Positions 1 to 15,627 of a DNA stretch of 64,000 nucleotides are shown piece by piece. Under the pieces are notes generated by a model. That model ran no database searches, was not told the DNA's origin, and saw only the letters and a list, made by a program, of their open reading frames with translations. The stretch comes from Piromyces finnis finn. Lineage: Eukaryota > Fungi > Neocallimastigomycota. The stretch covers positions 372,001 to 436,000 of the forward strand of contig MCFH01000016.1 of the NCBI GenBank assembly GCA_002104945.1, given 5' to 3'. The position numbers and the translations under genes were made by a program. Every line of letters starts with the position of its first letter. The first letter of the stretch is position 1.

Positions 1-3000
1 TAAGTAATAAATTTTCAGAAGAAACATGGATTATTCTTTTAAAAGTTTTATTAGGTATATCAGATTATTTATTAAGAGAACCTCTTGGAAAACAAAACTC
101 TGATATTATTAATAATTCGGTTATGGCTGATAAATTATGTGAAAATGTGATTAGAGTATGTACTAAGGAAATATAATACTTGTTTAAATTTTTAAATTTA
201 TTTTATTTTTAATTGTATAAAAACAAAAATAATACATTATATAAAGGTATTAATAGAATCATGGTTAAGATCACAAACAAAAAGAACTGACATGTGGGAG
301 TCATTAAAAGTACATCTTATATAGGATTTGAATTGCTTTTAATTTTTTTAGAATAAACCCAATTTTAATATTTTAATTAATGGTTTATATATTAAATTTA
401 CACAAAAATATAATTATATATAGAAATATTTTAAAAACTGGACTCACAGAATTGGTGTCATAGAACAATGGAATGCAACTATTTTTGGATTAACACAAAA
501 AGTAATCAATATTTTATATGGTCCAAAATACGGGAAAAATAATGTTAATATTGTTATGTACGTAAATTAAAGTTAATTTACATATATTTATTTATGGTTA
601 ATCTGATGTTTAAAAATTAATATATTTTGTATTATTTGTAATGAACTCATAACATATAGAAATGGCAGTATAATTTCACTTGATTTATCATCAGATTTTG
701 TTATTTATTCATGGGCTCAAATGCTTTGTATATAATATATATTAATTATTAAATAATCAAGGAGATTTTAATAACAAATTATTATCTAATTATTATAGAT
801 ATTGTTGGTGATGTTACAAGTTTAAGTCCAAATAATTTCAATAGTTTTTTAACTGTAGGATAGATATAACTTTTAAATAAAATATAATAATATATTAATT
901 TATTATTTTGTTTTAATTAACTTAGGGAATATCTAACATCGTTGATTTATTCCATACAATTGATAACATATGCGAAGATGAAGAAGTAGAGAACTTAATA
1001 AATAATATAATTATATTAATATATTAAAGGTTTAAAACAGTAATACATTTTGTTAACTATATTTTTCTTTATTAAATAAATAAAAAATTAAAGATGAATA
1101 GTAGTTCACCAGATGGAAATACTTTACTTAATTTATTTAGTAATTATCTATTTAATGCAATATCAATACAAAAAGAAAATAAAGAGTATGTATAATAAGA
1201 TATTATTAAATATTTAAAAACATATTACCCTTACTACATATAAATATTTAATCTTAACCATATTAAAATAAAAAAAAGGTATAATAAGGGAATGTCAATA
1301 GCTTACAGTATACTCTGTAAAATTATTTTTAAACCACAAAAAAGACTTCCAATTAATCAAATATATTTAGATAGAAGTTATACACTTATTTCACAGGTAT
1401 TCATTTATTATATATTTATTACATTTATTTTTTTATTAATATTTAAAAATATTGTTTGAATTCCTTTTAAAAAAGGGGTTGAATTCGGATTTTTTATCAG
1501 TAACATCAATAATAAAGAATAGTAGAACATTATTCCAACAAGATCTAAAAGGAAGTAGATTATTATTCCCTGATTATATTCATTCATTATTTAAACTATT
1601 GCCAAAAATATTTGCGAATAATTTGGTAAATAATACGAAAAGTCTATATATTTTAGTTTTTTAACATACTTGAAATAAATCATTTATTAATTTAAAATTA
1701 TCATAATAAAGATAAAGAATGAAATAAAAAACGTAGATGAAGATTTTGATTATTTAAGATTATCATGCTATGTTATACTATCAAATATATATTCATATCC
1801 AAATCACTTCTTCGAAATTCCTATTAGAAATGAATTACAAAATAATGATATATTGAATGGAAAACAAATTTTTATGTTAGAAAAAACTCATAATGAGGTA
1901 ACATTTATCTATTCTATTCAATATATTTAAAAAGTTACTTCTTATTATTATATATACTCACACAAAAAATATTACATATAAAAAGTGTTTTAAATTGTAT
2001 AAAGTAGTAAAAAATTCAAATGAAAAATTAATATTTGGATCAGTAAATATCAAAATAAAATTTATTCATATATGTTACTTCAATAAATTGTACATTGTTT
2101 TTATTATACTAATTATAATATTAAATATTATAGTTAAAACCTATCATTTTGGAAATTCTATTATCATCTTTACAGTATGAGACGAATGAAGATAATATGA
2201 ACTTTTTATTATATCTCATTTATTGTTATACCTATGATGATATCAAAAATACAAAAGGATTATTAAAAACCGTAAATGAATCAATAATTAATACAGTAAG
2301 TTAATTTTTTTAAAAATAAGTTTTTATTTACATTATGTATATTTATATTATTTAATAGTAATATAACAAATAAAATATCATTTTTAGGTAATATTAAAAA
2401 AAGATTACTCTCTAAAACTTACAAAAGATGCATTAGACACGCTTTTTGATTTATCATTATTGCACAATTTTGCTACTGATGTAATCATATTACTATTTAT
2501 TAAGTCCAAAATTTAAATAATTATTAATATATTAACAAAATATTTTATTCATTTATACAATAATGAAGTATGAACCTCAAGAATTAATTATGAAGTTCTG
2601 TGTTTATATTGATATATTATTAATGGAAGATAATATTGTGGTATAATATTTTATAATAGATAGATAATGTGATTAATATACAAGATATAAATATATATTA
2701 TAAATATTAATATATAATTTTTAATATTTTTTATTTTACATCAATAACAATAAATCCATATAATTAATAGCCATATCAATATATAATATGTAAAGCTTAT
2801 GAAATTATTTTAAGTTGGATAATTAATGGAACTTGGATAACTAAATATAAATATTGTTTAAATTGTGTCATTTCAATTTTAAGTAAAGGAATCTATTATT
2901 CAAATAAACAAAATTTTGTAAATATGCCAAATGTAATAAATTTAATTAATATGGAAGGAAAAGATGTTTTAGATGAATCCCTTTCAGAATTCATTAAACG

Positions 3001-6000
3001 TAAACTAATTAAAAGAAATGGTATTCCATTAAATTTACAAAATTCAAAAATAACAACTAAAGACGGTATAAGTACTAGCACAGAAGATGGTGGTGTTGGG
3101 GTACCAACCTTTGCTATTTTAAGTTCTGCATTAATGATTGAAACTGTATCAGAAGTATGTTTAAATAAAATTCTTAATTTTTATGGTACATTCCCACCCT
3201 ATGGTAATAATACTAGTGTATGCAATACAGGAAGCTTATGGGAAGAAGATAAAGAATTAATAGAGTTAATAAAATTAAAATATAGCAAAAATAAGAATTT
3301 TCAACTTAATAATAAAAGTAATGACGAAATAATTCAATTATTCTTAGAACAAGAAGATGACAATGACGTTATTCAATATTATAGTTTAAATAATGAATCT
3401 ATTATTGGTATTTTATCTTTACCTACATGGTATGTAAATATGAAAAAGAAAGTTTTTAATAATAAAAATAAACCTGTTATTAAATCATGTTCAACCAACA
3501 ATGGTATGGGAAATAACAACAAAACAAATTCTAATTATAAAAAATCAAACTCAGAAATAATAAACAGAAATTCATTATCCGATAATGTAGTGGAACTTAA
3601 CTATGAAAATTCAATTCAATATAATGCTAAAGAGTGTTATAGCCCTGAACATGTTGTACTTTTTGAATATGATAATCCAAATTTCCAGTATTATCCTCTG
3701 GCTCGAAAACAATCTCAAACATCACTCTATGAGGTTACTATAGAGTCTCCTATAAATAATGTTGAAAAAAAAAATAATTCAAATGATTTACAAAATCTAA
3801 GAAAAGGTTCTTCTTCACTGAGTGAGGTAAATTTACTTTTAATTCCTAAACAAAAAGAAAAGGAAGAATTAAGTAGTCCAGATCATTTAAATATTCTTCC
3901 AGAACAGCAATCCAATACTAAAAGTAGGATGAGGGAAAGCTTCTACTCCACTAAAGGAATTAAAAGTATGGATGAGAAAAAAGATATTAATAATGATCAT
4001 TCCATAAGTACACCAACAAAAAACGAGGAACTTAAAGAAAAATTCGTAGCATTAATTGTTAGAAATTTTTCTGGAAAATATTCATGGATATCATCATTAA
4101 AATATGATAATAATGAGATTTTTAAAAATATGAATAATTCTAGCAATGTTGAAATAATGACTACATTAATAAATGAATTTAGCGAATCAAACACTAATCT
4201 TACAGACAAATTGTCAACATTAAATAATAAAACCAAGAATAAACAAACAATCAGTAATAGTATAAGTAGTTTAATACTAAATGAAGAAATGGTAAGATTC
4301 TTTGAAAATAAAAAGGATAATGAATTATTATCAAGTAATGATATTAATAATGAAAATAATAAATACAACGATAATAATAATATTAAAGAAAACAAAGAAT
4401 TTAAGATATTGAAATGTTCCTGTTTTAATGAATCAGAATTACCAAGTAATTATGATATTATTAATGATGGAAATAAAAAAATTTACAATAAGATTGAAAG
4501 TATTTCAGAAACATTATCTAGTAGTGAAGAAAAAATGATGAATGAACAAAAGAATAATAATAAAGAATTTAAAAAGTATTGTTATATTATATAAATATGA
4601 TATATATTATATAAATATATTAAATTATTTTTTAATCATAAAAATCATTAGAATAAATAAAATAGAAATGCCTAAATGCAGAGAAATGAACAATTCAGAA
4701 GAGAAGTAATTTAATTTAATTCTACATTTTTACATAAGATAAACAATAATTAAAATATGCTTATTTAATGTATTAAATTAGGGATACCAATATAAGATTA
4801 CACTTAATTCACAATAATTTAATATCATTAGAGAATTATAGCTCATTAACACCACTAAAGAAGTCTGTTAATTTATTTAGAGATCTACGTAAATTAGATC
4901 AATTTTCAAGGTATATATATAAAATTTTCTATACCTTTTCATTTTAATATTAAAAAAGGACATTTAATATAAATATGAATGATATATATTTAAAATATTC
5001 TTTTAAACTTACTAAATATTTTGATAGTCGAGACAAGTTTACCTTTTCAGTATTTTATGTCGCTAATGAAGATAGTACTATAAAGGATATATTCCATCCA
5101 AAATTTATTAATAAAGATTTTAAGTCATTTGTATATTCAATGTGTTGGTTAGTTAATCCTCAAAGTCATTCTGGATTTTTTGGAGGATTTGATAAAAATA
5201 CTAAACAAAATATACCATATTATTCCAATGATAGTGTGGAAATGATCTTGCATATACCATATTTCATAGATAATAATGAATTTTGTAAAATGGATTCATT
5301 CTTATCAGATTCAAATGCTAGTGGTAAATATATCTAAATTACAAATTATCAAATAATATTACAACTATATGTAATACTAATAATATTTATAATAATTTTT
5401 ACTTATTATCCTTTATTTAAGAAGATGGATTTATAAATGGATTTAAAGAGTTTACGAAAAAAAATAATATATATATTATTTGGATGGGAAAAAATAATAT
5501 TAACGCTAATAAGATATTAAATAAGCTTTACCAAAATGGTTTAACAGCAAAAATATATTACATTATATATCCATACAATTATACTAAAGGATTATTTAAA
5601 ATAAAAATCTATAAAGCTAAGCAAAGCAAATCAACAAATACTATAAGAATAAAAAGAAACGAAAATATAAAGAAACAGGAAGGTGAAAAATCCCGTATAT
5701 TCCATAATTCTAGAAGTTATGAGATAATCGATTTGAATGGCAAATCAAAAAATACAGTAGTTAATGAAAATGAGCAAAAATCAAAGAATTTAGAAAAAGT
5801 TTGTGAAGAAAACTCAAATGAATCTATAAATAGTGAATTAACAAATTTAAATGATAATAACTATGGCAATAACAGCAATAATGATACCAATATTAATAGT
5901 ATTAACAGCAATAGTAGTAATGATAATAATGATAATGATAATGATTGTAATATCATTAATAATAATAATGAAGATATAATTAATATTTACAACAATAATA

Positions 6001-6833
6001 ACAATAATGATAATAATAACAATAATAATAACAGTAATACTACAAATAATTATAATTGTAATAATGAACAATTGGAAACCTGTAGCAATATAAATAATCA
6101 TAATAAACAATTGATTAGTAATATTGTATCACAAAGTAATATAGACGAAATTCTACAAAGTAGAAATAATTCTTCAATTGTTATTAACAACGATATTCAA
6201 AAGAAATTATCTCTTCAAAATCAAATAAACACAACACATATTGTTTTCCGTCCTGTAATCATTGAAAATAAACAATCAAAAAAACAAAGCAATAATAAAG
6301 ATTCCCAGGGTGTATATATACCAAAATCGGATAAACCTAAACATGTAAAATTTTATAATACATATTTTCTAATAATACTCATCATCATTATGTTAAATTA
6401 AATATATATTTGGTAATAATTAGACTATAGGTCCATTGATTGATGGAATGATTGTTAGACAAAATTCTCTTGGATTTTTGATAAGAACATCAATAATTAA
6501 TTATTCAATGGATAAAATTAGTTTATATTCAAGAGCGTAAATATATATAATTAATATTAAATATATTTATAGACGATAGCAATATAATATTTTTTTGCTA
6601 AAAACATATAATTAATAATATTATATATTAACTTTTAAATTTTTTATATATAGAACCCTACAAAGGAAAAAACTAATTAAAACTTTATGTTCAAACTATC
6701 AAAATAATGTTTCTATGTCTCAGTATGTTATATATATATATATATTAATTTTTTTTATTGGTCCGAATATTAAATAACTTTTATATATATAAAATGATTA
6801 GGTATTATTCATCACTTTTATAATAAAATATCA
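1..6833 (+). CDS. RalGAP/tuberin-family Rap-GAP domain protein, multi-exon, 5' end outside the window; closest by eye to the RalGAP beta subunit
   Basis: Spliced exons read WTHRIGVIEQWNATIFGLTQKVINILYGP, PDGNTLLNLFSNYLFNA, FSVFYVAN..FKSFVYSMCWLVNPQSHSGFFGGFD..IPYYSNDSVEMILHIPYF (4975-5337) and GPLIDGMIVRQNSLGFLIRTSIIN, ending QRKKLIK..QYYSSLL* (TAA 6831-6833). These resemble RalGAP alpha/beta motifs as I recall them. ORFs 2924-4594 and 5484-6401 are internal exons. Confidence 0.72.
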
Positions 6834-6835
6834 AG

Positions 6836-6866
<31 letters not shown>

Positions 6867-7368
6867 CTTTCTATTCTATATAAATGAACATTTTTTAGTT
6901 TTATTTTATATTATTATTAATCCATATAATAATATAAATTTTAGAAAATGAATATATAAATACATTATTAAAAATGTTTATAAAAATAACAAATAATTAT
7001 ATAATTGCTATTAAGATTTTTGAACATAATTTTAAAAAAAAAAATTAAAAAAAAAAAAAAAGCTGATTAAATAATGTAAATACATTTAATAAAAAGATTA
7101 AAAAATCATTTTGAAAAAAATTTAATTAAAAAATTAAAGTTTATAGTTTATTTAAAATATAATATTAAATTTTATTTTATTTAAAACAATAATAAAGGAA
7201 TATGAATATAATATAAAATAACATTTAGGTTTCTTTGCTGTATTAAATATTTATATTTAAGAAATAAAGAAAATTAACAAAATAAATATAATTAATTGAT
7301 ATGCTAATAAAAAATAATAATTATTGTTAAAGAAAAACAAGTATTTTTAATTAAAAATATTATATAAA

Positions 7369-10300
7369 ATGTCTGAAATAGAGTCATTAAATAATAATGA
7401 AGATAAAAATGATGAAACAAAAAAGGAAGAAGTATATAACACCGGTTTAGGTGCCCAAGGAAATATCGAAGTATTCATCATCATTATATATCAATAATAT
7501 AGTTTTTTTCATGATTATAAATATATAATATATTCATTAATTTATCAATTTAAGGAAACAATATTTTCTTTATTATATATTATGGTAAAAGAAAATTCAT
7601 TTCCACAAATTTTAGCTATTATTTGTCTTATTGTTGAAGGTTTTTATATTGTCAATATAATTTAAAAAATATAGAAAGTAAATCAACAACAAATTATCTA
7701 ACTATTAACAAAATGATTTCTTTAAATTGTGATATTGTGATATTTATTAATTAATTAAAAATTTTGTATTTACAGATTATCAAGTTTTAAACTTTGTATT
7801 TAGAACAGAATGGTTTCCAACTATGCCACATATTGTACCAATTCTTGTAGATGTGTTATCCTTTGAAATGGCCTCAGTATCTGCATTTCGTAAATTAACT
7901 ATACTATATATAAGTTAAAATAACAATGATTTAATATATTAAAATAAAAAAAAAACAATTAATTATTAAAAGGTGTCTTAATGGTTATTATGTTTATTTT
8001 TGTTATTGCTGTTATTTCATCTGCTGGTATATACAATGATTATAAATTTTACAAATATATATTTTATATATTATTATTCCTATATTTCATATTATTAAAT
8101 ATTTTCTATATATATTAAAATATTTTACTAGTTTATGTTGCAATCAGTTTTCACGCTGGAAGGTAAACATATTAAAGAAAATAAGATGTATTTCATATTC
8201 TAAATCACTATTATTATATTTAAAAAAAAAAAAGATTCAAGTCTTTATGGCCAATTTTGGTATATTTTTTCTTTGAATAATTAATAAAAAATATAGAATA
8301 ATTGAATACTTTCAAAATGATTTTTCTATTTAATATTAAATTTATATTACATAAACATTTACATATATTATTTATTATAATAATTATAATATACTTGTAG
8401 ATTCTGAGAAATATTACTACTTTCTTGATGAGGTTTTTAAATTAGAAATTTTTTATTAATATAATAAGGATAGATAATTTTCAATAATTATTAATATTTA
8501 AATTAATATATATATAAACTAAATAAAAATAGTATTTTCTATATTCCAGGTAAAAATATATATCATATAATAATGAGTGAATAATACTTAAATTATATAG
8601 TTAAATAACCATGTCATTATATCTTTTAATATGAATTATATTGATTAATAAAATTTATAATAAAAAAGGTGTACACATTTTTATTGGATTTATTGTATGT
8701 TCCAATGGATATTTAGTAAGATTTGAAGAAGAAAAATGTTATACTCCAATCCACCTTCCATTGTAATAAAAAAATATAAATCACTAGAATAGTGTTAATG
8801 TTTTAATACTAATTCACTAAGCAATATTATTATTATAAATAAATATATTTATAACTAAAATAGTTTCATATGTTCAATTATTGGCTTATGTCTTTTTATT
8901 CCATATACAGTTCTTGTATGTTATACAAATAATCACTTATATAATTTTTTCACCATTATATAATATAGATATATAATAACAATTAAATATTCATAATACA
9001 CAATTACAAAAAAATAAAGATGTCGTCAGTATTTGTAGATCCATTACCATATAATAAAGGAAATCCATTAACCAAGGCTAGTGGAAGAGAAGATTTAATT
9101 TACTGTTTGTATAGATTAACATTGGTAATAATAATAATAATGTTTAACTAATATATTTAATTAAAAGAATTTAAAATTATGATAACTAATTTAATATTAT
9201 TTTCTCTATTTAAATATATATTTAAATAATATATTTTTGTATATATAAAAATTTAAAAATTAGATTGTAATTGAAAATTCAACTAAAGTATTGTGGAAAA
9301 GTTCTGCTCCATCACTTTATTTATTATGTATTGGAATTATATATATGGATTTTAAGGTTTTACGTCATCAACCTCTCCATAATGAAACTTTCAATCGAAT
9401 TCGTGCAGGAATATGGCTTGGGATTTTCTTATCTACATTCCCCGCAATTATATGTACATTAATGGATGAACCACCAAAATCAGATTGGCCCTGGATTATA
9501 TCTTTACTATTAAATATTCCAGGATTTCTTTCAGGATTTTTTATGTCTATCAAATTTAATAAATATATTACTTCTGGTATTTATAAGAGATTACGCGAAA
9601 AGAAAGAACATAATGATTTAATGATTGAAAAAATGAAAAATAATGAAATTGATCCAGAAGATATAGAACATGAAGATGTAATGAGATCCTTGGAGAGAAT
9701 TTGTAAATATAATAAGATTTAAAATTGTATTTATTTTTATAATAAAACTTTCTATAGATAATGTATACTTAAAATTATATTTTTTATATAAATTTTAAAA
9801 TTATATCATCAAAAACAATTAATTAAATTAAAAATACAATACTAACCAAAATTACATTACAGCAACAAACAAATTCACTCGTGAAAAAATAAAAGTATTT
9901 AAATGTGAAGAAGATTGTGAATTAGTGTGTAGATTTGTAAGGTATACATATATTATTAATATTTTCATTAATATATTTTATATTTATTTTAATATAAATA
10001 ATTTGTTTTAGAAATAATCGAAACCCAGAAGCTTATTTATTAATGAGAATGTTATTTGATGAAGGGTAAAATAAAAAATATATATTTTAAAAAATATGGC
10101 AATTTATAAAAATATATTTAATTAATTAATACCATATATTATATATTTATTTTTTTCTATAAAGAATTAAACAATATCCAAAAGATGCATTTGTTAGTAT
10201 ATTAAATTACAAAAAAATAACGTTTTATAATATGAATTATTCTATTTAAATATATCAAAATATAGCATACTAATATTTCAATATAAAATTTTTAAAAAAG

Positions 10301-13300
10301 GTTTTCATTCAATACTGTTATTATCTTTTTTCAATGCAAAATTTTAATAAAGATTATAGTCTTCTTGATGATTCAAAAAATTGCGTCACACCATATCAAT
10401 TACTTGAAAGAGCAGCAAAATTAAAACCAGCATTTGATAATAGATTTTTCATTTCTTTTGCTGCACAAACTATGGAACAAATAAAAAAGAGTAAAGAATT
10501 AGATTCATCAAAAATCGATATGTTAGTACATATTTTTTATTTCTTTAATTTAAAAGATATTATAATAGGTAATTAATAACTAACATTGCAATATTATTAA
10601 TATATTAATCTACTATAAATTTATATTTTATTGGTTTATAGTTCAACCTTTGTTGAATTAAAGACATTGGAAAGTAGTGCAATAAAGTTCCATTTAAATA
10701 CTCTAAGCGAATTTAAGTCTTTGTTTAAGAAGTTGAAAGAAAGTACAAATCCTAAAGATTGCATTAATTATACTTCAAGCTTAAAAAAAATCAGTGAAGT
10801 CCAATCTTTAGCAGATGAACAATACAGAAAATTGTTAACTAAGTTTACCGGAAATAAAGATGTTCGCCAAATGTATTATTTGTTATTGTCTGAAGTATTG
10901 GTAAAGGCACAATATATATAAAATGTAATATAATTATTTATATTTTTTTTAATAAATGAATAACAAAATTATAAAATTATTTATATTTTATTTAAAATTA
11001 ATTATAATTAAGAATCTTCCCGAACAAGCTGTAATTATTACAATAAAATAAATTTACAATTAATTAAATTTAACTGTTTGAATTATTAAAATATAATATT
11101 TTTTAAAAATGATTTCATATATAAGGCTAAATATCACTTTGATGAAAAAATTTTAAAAATGGTAAATGACAAAACTAATAATGAAAATACTGAAATATAC
11201 TCAAAAAATGTATGTATTTTAATTATTAAATATTATAAACTATATAATAAAAAGTATTTAAGTAAAAAAAATAAATTAATATATAAAAAATTTTACTTCA
11301 ATATTATTATAAAGAAATTAAATAATCGTGAGATTATTAATAATAATGATGAAACTAACCAAGAAATTTCCAAGGGATCAACTCTTAATGATTCAAAATC
11401 TAATAACAAATATGATCGTGAATTAATCAAAGAATTAGGATATAGGTATTCTATTTATTTTCTAAGTATTAATTATTTTCTTTTTTTTTTCTTCCTCAAA
11501 ATATATCATTAATATTACAATCAATTTATAACAAAAATACTACAGAAAAAATATGAAAAAAGTATTTATTAAACCAATTGACAAATATACTTTCTATTTC
11601 GACATTATTATTTACATAAACTTTCTTATACTATCAGTTGGGTAAAATATATTCTTTTAATTTTTCAAGTATAATATACATGCTAATGAATTTAATAATT
11701 AAATGAATATATATATAATAAAATACAATTATATTAATAAGTTTTATTATTAATAATATTATTATTAAAAAAGTTCTATAATCATTATCTTTTTATCTCT
11801 TAATATATCAAACAATTTAAATGAATTTGAAATTTCTTTGAAATCCTCCTATTTAGTTGAATCATTATGCGAAAAGTATAGAATTATGCATTTAAGTGCA
11901 ATATGTAATAGAAAAGATATATGGAACGAAAAAGTACTAGAAACAAAGCCATTCCTAGAGGATATAAATAATAATTTACTAGATTCCTTAAAAAGATATT
12001 CATCTTATGATCCTACTGATAATAATATAAATTTACTATACTCTGATCAAATTAAACATGTTAAAGAAAATTTTAATGTTTATCAAATAGGATATATGGT
12101 AGATAGAATGAGTACTTTTATTGAAACAACAGGTAAACTAATGAATTATTAAAAATAAGTTATCAAAACATAAAAAAAATAAAAAAAATAGTTAGATACT
12201 AAATAACTTAATTATAAATAACTACTATTGTAGAATATGATTTTAATAATACGCAAAATTTAATATTTGACACACCATTAAGGTAAATATATAGTATTTA
12301 TAACATTAGAAGATTTCATATTAAATATTATTTAAATAAATTAATTTATATATAATATTTTTATTTTAGATTCTTTATAGGTTTGTACTTTTCTAAGAAT
12401 AAATATTGAAATAATTTAACTACAATGAAATAATAATTAGTTAAAAATCTTTATTATACATAATTATTTATGGGATATAATTAGATAATGAAAAAGAAAA
12501 CTTCAATACTATTTTCCAAGAAGTATCAAAAATTGAATTAAATGAAATAAATAATAAATTTAATCTAGAAGTTTATATTATAATTTCTGTAACAAGTTTT
12601 ATAACAGTTTTGTATATATGTGCTACCTTCTTTTGTATATATTTTATATTTATTATATATTTATTATAATATTATATATATATAATAGTATTAATAATTA
12701 TAAAATATTGTTTTATTAATATTATATTTATTTATATATTTAATAACACTATTTTGTTTTGTAGCACTTAATCCACTATTAAAATTAATTAATAAAATGC
12801 AAATTGAGGTACTGAGAATGTTTAGACATATTCCTACAGAATATATTGATAATCTAATTGCAAAATTTGATGAACAGACAGAAATTATATATTTAAATTT
12901 TAATGTTGCTGATGATAACAAATCTATTAATAAAAAGGATGAATATTCATTAAATTCAAAAAATTCAAAAAATAAATTTCGTCGTTGTTACACTTCGTTA
13001 GTGATTTTTATTTTATGTGGTGGAATAGTATTCATACCAACTTATGTAAATATATAAATGTGAAAATATGTAGTAATTACACATAAATATTAACATAATT
13101 TTATAATTTATATATTATTATTGTATTTATAATTATACAATAGGTTAATATACCTAATCAAACTAGTTTGATTAATTTAATTCATAATGCAGTAAGTACT
13201 AAATACTTTATCCATTTAAATATTAAAAAACAATAAGAAAGAAAAAAAATAAATATATTTTTATTTATGATATCAAAAATACTAATAATAGTTTTAAATT

Positions 13301-14440
13301 AACATAAAATAATTATAGTCACAAAGACTACAATTGATTAAATCATCATATATATTTACATTGGAAACTAAAATTCAAGATAGAATGACATATTTACCAG
13401 GAGAAAGCGAAAGATTATTAACTGCATCTATTGATAGTTTGAAAGTTAGTATACTAAATAAATTAAATTTTAAAATAAAGAAGTTATTAAAAAAGCGTTA
13501 TATATATAAAATGAAAATAATTCTAGAAAATTCAACATAATATTCGATATGGAAAATACAAAGCACCACCATCTATTAAGATTGAAGTCCTTAAGGATTT
13601 AATATTAAATCCTTCTTGTAAACGAGAAACCCAAGAAGAATGTGATACCAGAGAATTTAATCAGGAGATAGGTATATTAATTTATTACTATTATATTAAT
13701 TAATAATAACATTATATTTTACATTAAAAAAGAAAACTTTGTAATATATAATACAGAATTAATATTTTTTAAATATTATAATTATCTTGAGCATATCATT
13801 AATATATAATTCATTTATTTATAATAATGATCATTTATATAAATAAATAGGATATTCTAAAAATATAGCAGAATTACCGTTAGATGATTTAATTAATTAC
13901 TATATTAGAGTTTCAGAGGCTTATATTACCAATAATCAAAACAATAATTTTACTGACTACTATGACACTCAATCTTGTTGTCAAACTATTCAAAATATTA
14001 ATGAAGATAAGGAAATTCAACTTCAACAAAAACTTCAAGAAGACATTATTTATGGACTAGAAAAATTTGATCATATAATTATTGAAGAATTAAAAGGAAA
14101 AAATACATTATGTATTGAGCTTACTATAATTTTCATAGTTGTATGCTTGATTATAAATATAATGGTTTACAGAGTAAATATTAAATCTGTTATGAATGAA
14201 AAGAAACATGAAATGAACGATTTAATCACATTAGCATTTATGATACCTAGAGATGTTATCAATAAAGTTTCTCTCTATAAAAAGTAATTTTTTTTCTTTT
14301 TCTGTTTTTTTTTTTTTTTAAGAAAAAATAATATTATATATAAATAACTAAAATAATGATTAAAAATAGTATAATAACTAATCATTCTATTCCATTAATA
14401 AACTAGGTTTATTGAAACTGGTGAAACTAATGACGATTAA
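7369..14440 (+). CDS. Multi-exon polytopic membrane protein, TmcB/TmcC (tiny macrocysts)-like
   Basis: ATG at 7369 (MSEIESLNN). Many short GT..AG exons encode an N-terminal TM bundle (ending FNRIRAGIWLGIFLSTFPAII..WPWIISLLLNIPGFLSGFF), a helical TPR-like part (AYLLMRMLFDEG; ADEQYRKLLTKFTGNKDVRQMYYLLLSEVL), further TM pairs and a terminal LAFMIPRDVI..FIETGETNDD* (TAA 14438-14440). The family is assigned from architecture only. No PAS domain was recognised. Confidence 0.55.
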
Positions 14441-15493
14441 GATATAAATTATCAAAGAAATGAATATTATTTACATAAAATCAATTTTTTATAAATTAAT
14501 AGCCATAAAAATGAAAAAAAAAAAAAAAAGTTTCCTTAAACTTTATATTTGATTTTTTATTTATAATTAATATTTTGTTATTCTTTCTTATTATTAAAAC
14601 ATTATAGCAATTCATTATTTTTATATTGGTTCAAAACTATTAATAATATAAAACTATTAATAATATTTTAATAACAATTAATAATGTATTTAATATCTTT
14701 GTTATTGAATATACACCAAAAATTTTACTCATAATAAAAGCATAATCTTTAACTAAATATTATTTTTAAAAGAAAAACAATCTAAATTTTAATTTAATAT
14801 TAAATTATGTAATATATAAACATAATTTCCTATAAAAACCTTTAATAATGACTTTTTTTTTGTTCACTTTTATAATGTATTCATTTAATTAAACTTATCA
14901 TAATAATTAATAATAAAAAGTGAAAATGTAAAAATTTAACAGATAATTTAAAATCTTTATATACTACTAAGCTATAGAAAAACAAAGTAAATATTAATTC
15001 ATTAATATTTAAATTAGTACTAATTTTATTAATAAAAAAATATTTCTAAAATATTTCCTGTTTCAAAGCTATTCTATATTCTATAGTTTTGATAGTAATA
15101 ATGCTAATAACCTTTACAATTTTATTAATTATCAATTATTAGTAAACCAAACCCTTTATACAATATTGTAGAAATTATTAATTTATAAAATTTTAAGTTA
15201 ATAAATTATATTACATATAATATATAAATGGAAATTATAATCCAATTCAATATATATTAAATTAAAATTATAATATAAAAAATAATTAATATATTAATTA
15301 ATATAACTGAATTAGGAAGGTAATTAATTTTATATACTATGATAGATAAGTTTTTTATTGGTGAAAAATAAATAATATATAATTTAAAATTTATAATTGT
15401 AATAATAACAAAAATAAAAATAAATTAAAACCATACGATTAAATTTCTATAAATGTAACAAACATTATTTTTAAAAATGTATATGTATTATAG

Positions 15494-15627
15494 TACTTAC
15501 TAATATTGTTAATAAAACTTTATATAATTTATCATTTCATTTTCTTTTTGCTATCGCTATACTTACTAATATTGTTAATAAAACTTTATATAATTTATCA
15601 TTTCATTTTCTTTTTGCTATCGCTATA
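15494..15627. repeat. Perfect 66-bp tandem duplication in intergenic DNA
   Basis: The unit tacttactaatattgttaataaaactttatataatttatcatttcattttctttttgctatcgcta occurs at 15494 and 15560. Confidence 0.92.

Noticed and set aside
5847-6110. Ile-rich antisense ORF; similar ORFs at 3997-4395, 29362-29568, 40670-40909, 47878-48110
   Set aside because: Shadow frames of AAT/AAC-rich (poly-Asn) coding sequence.
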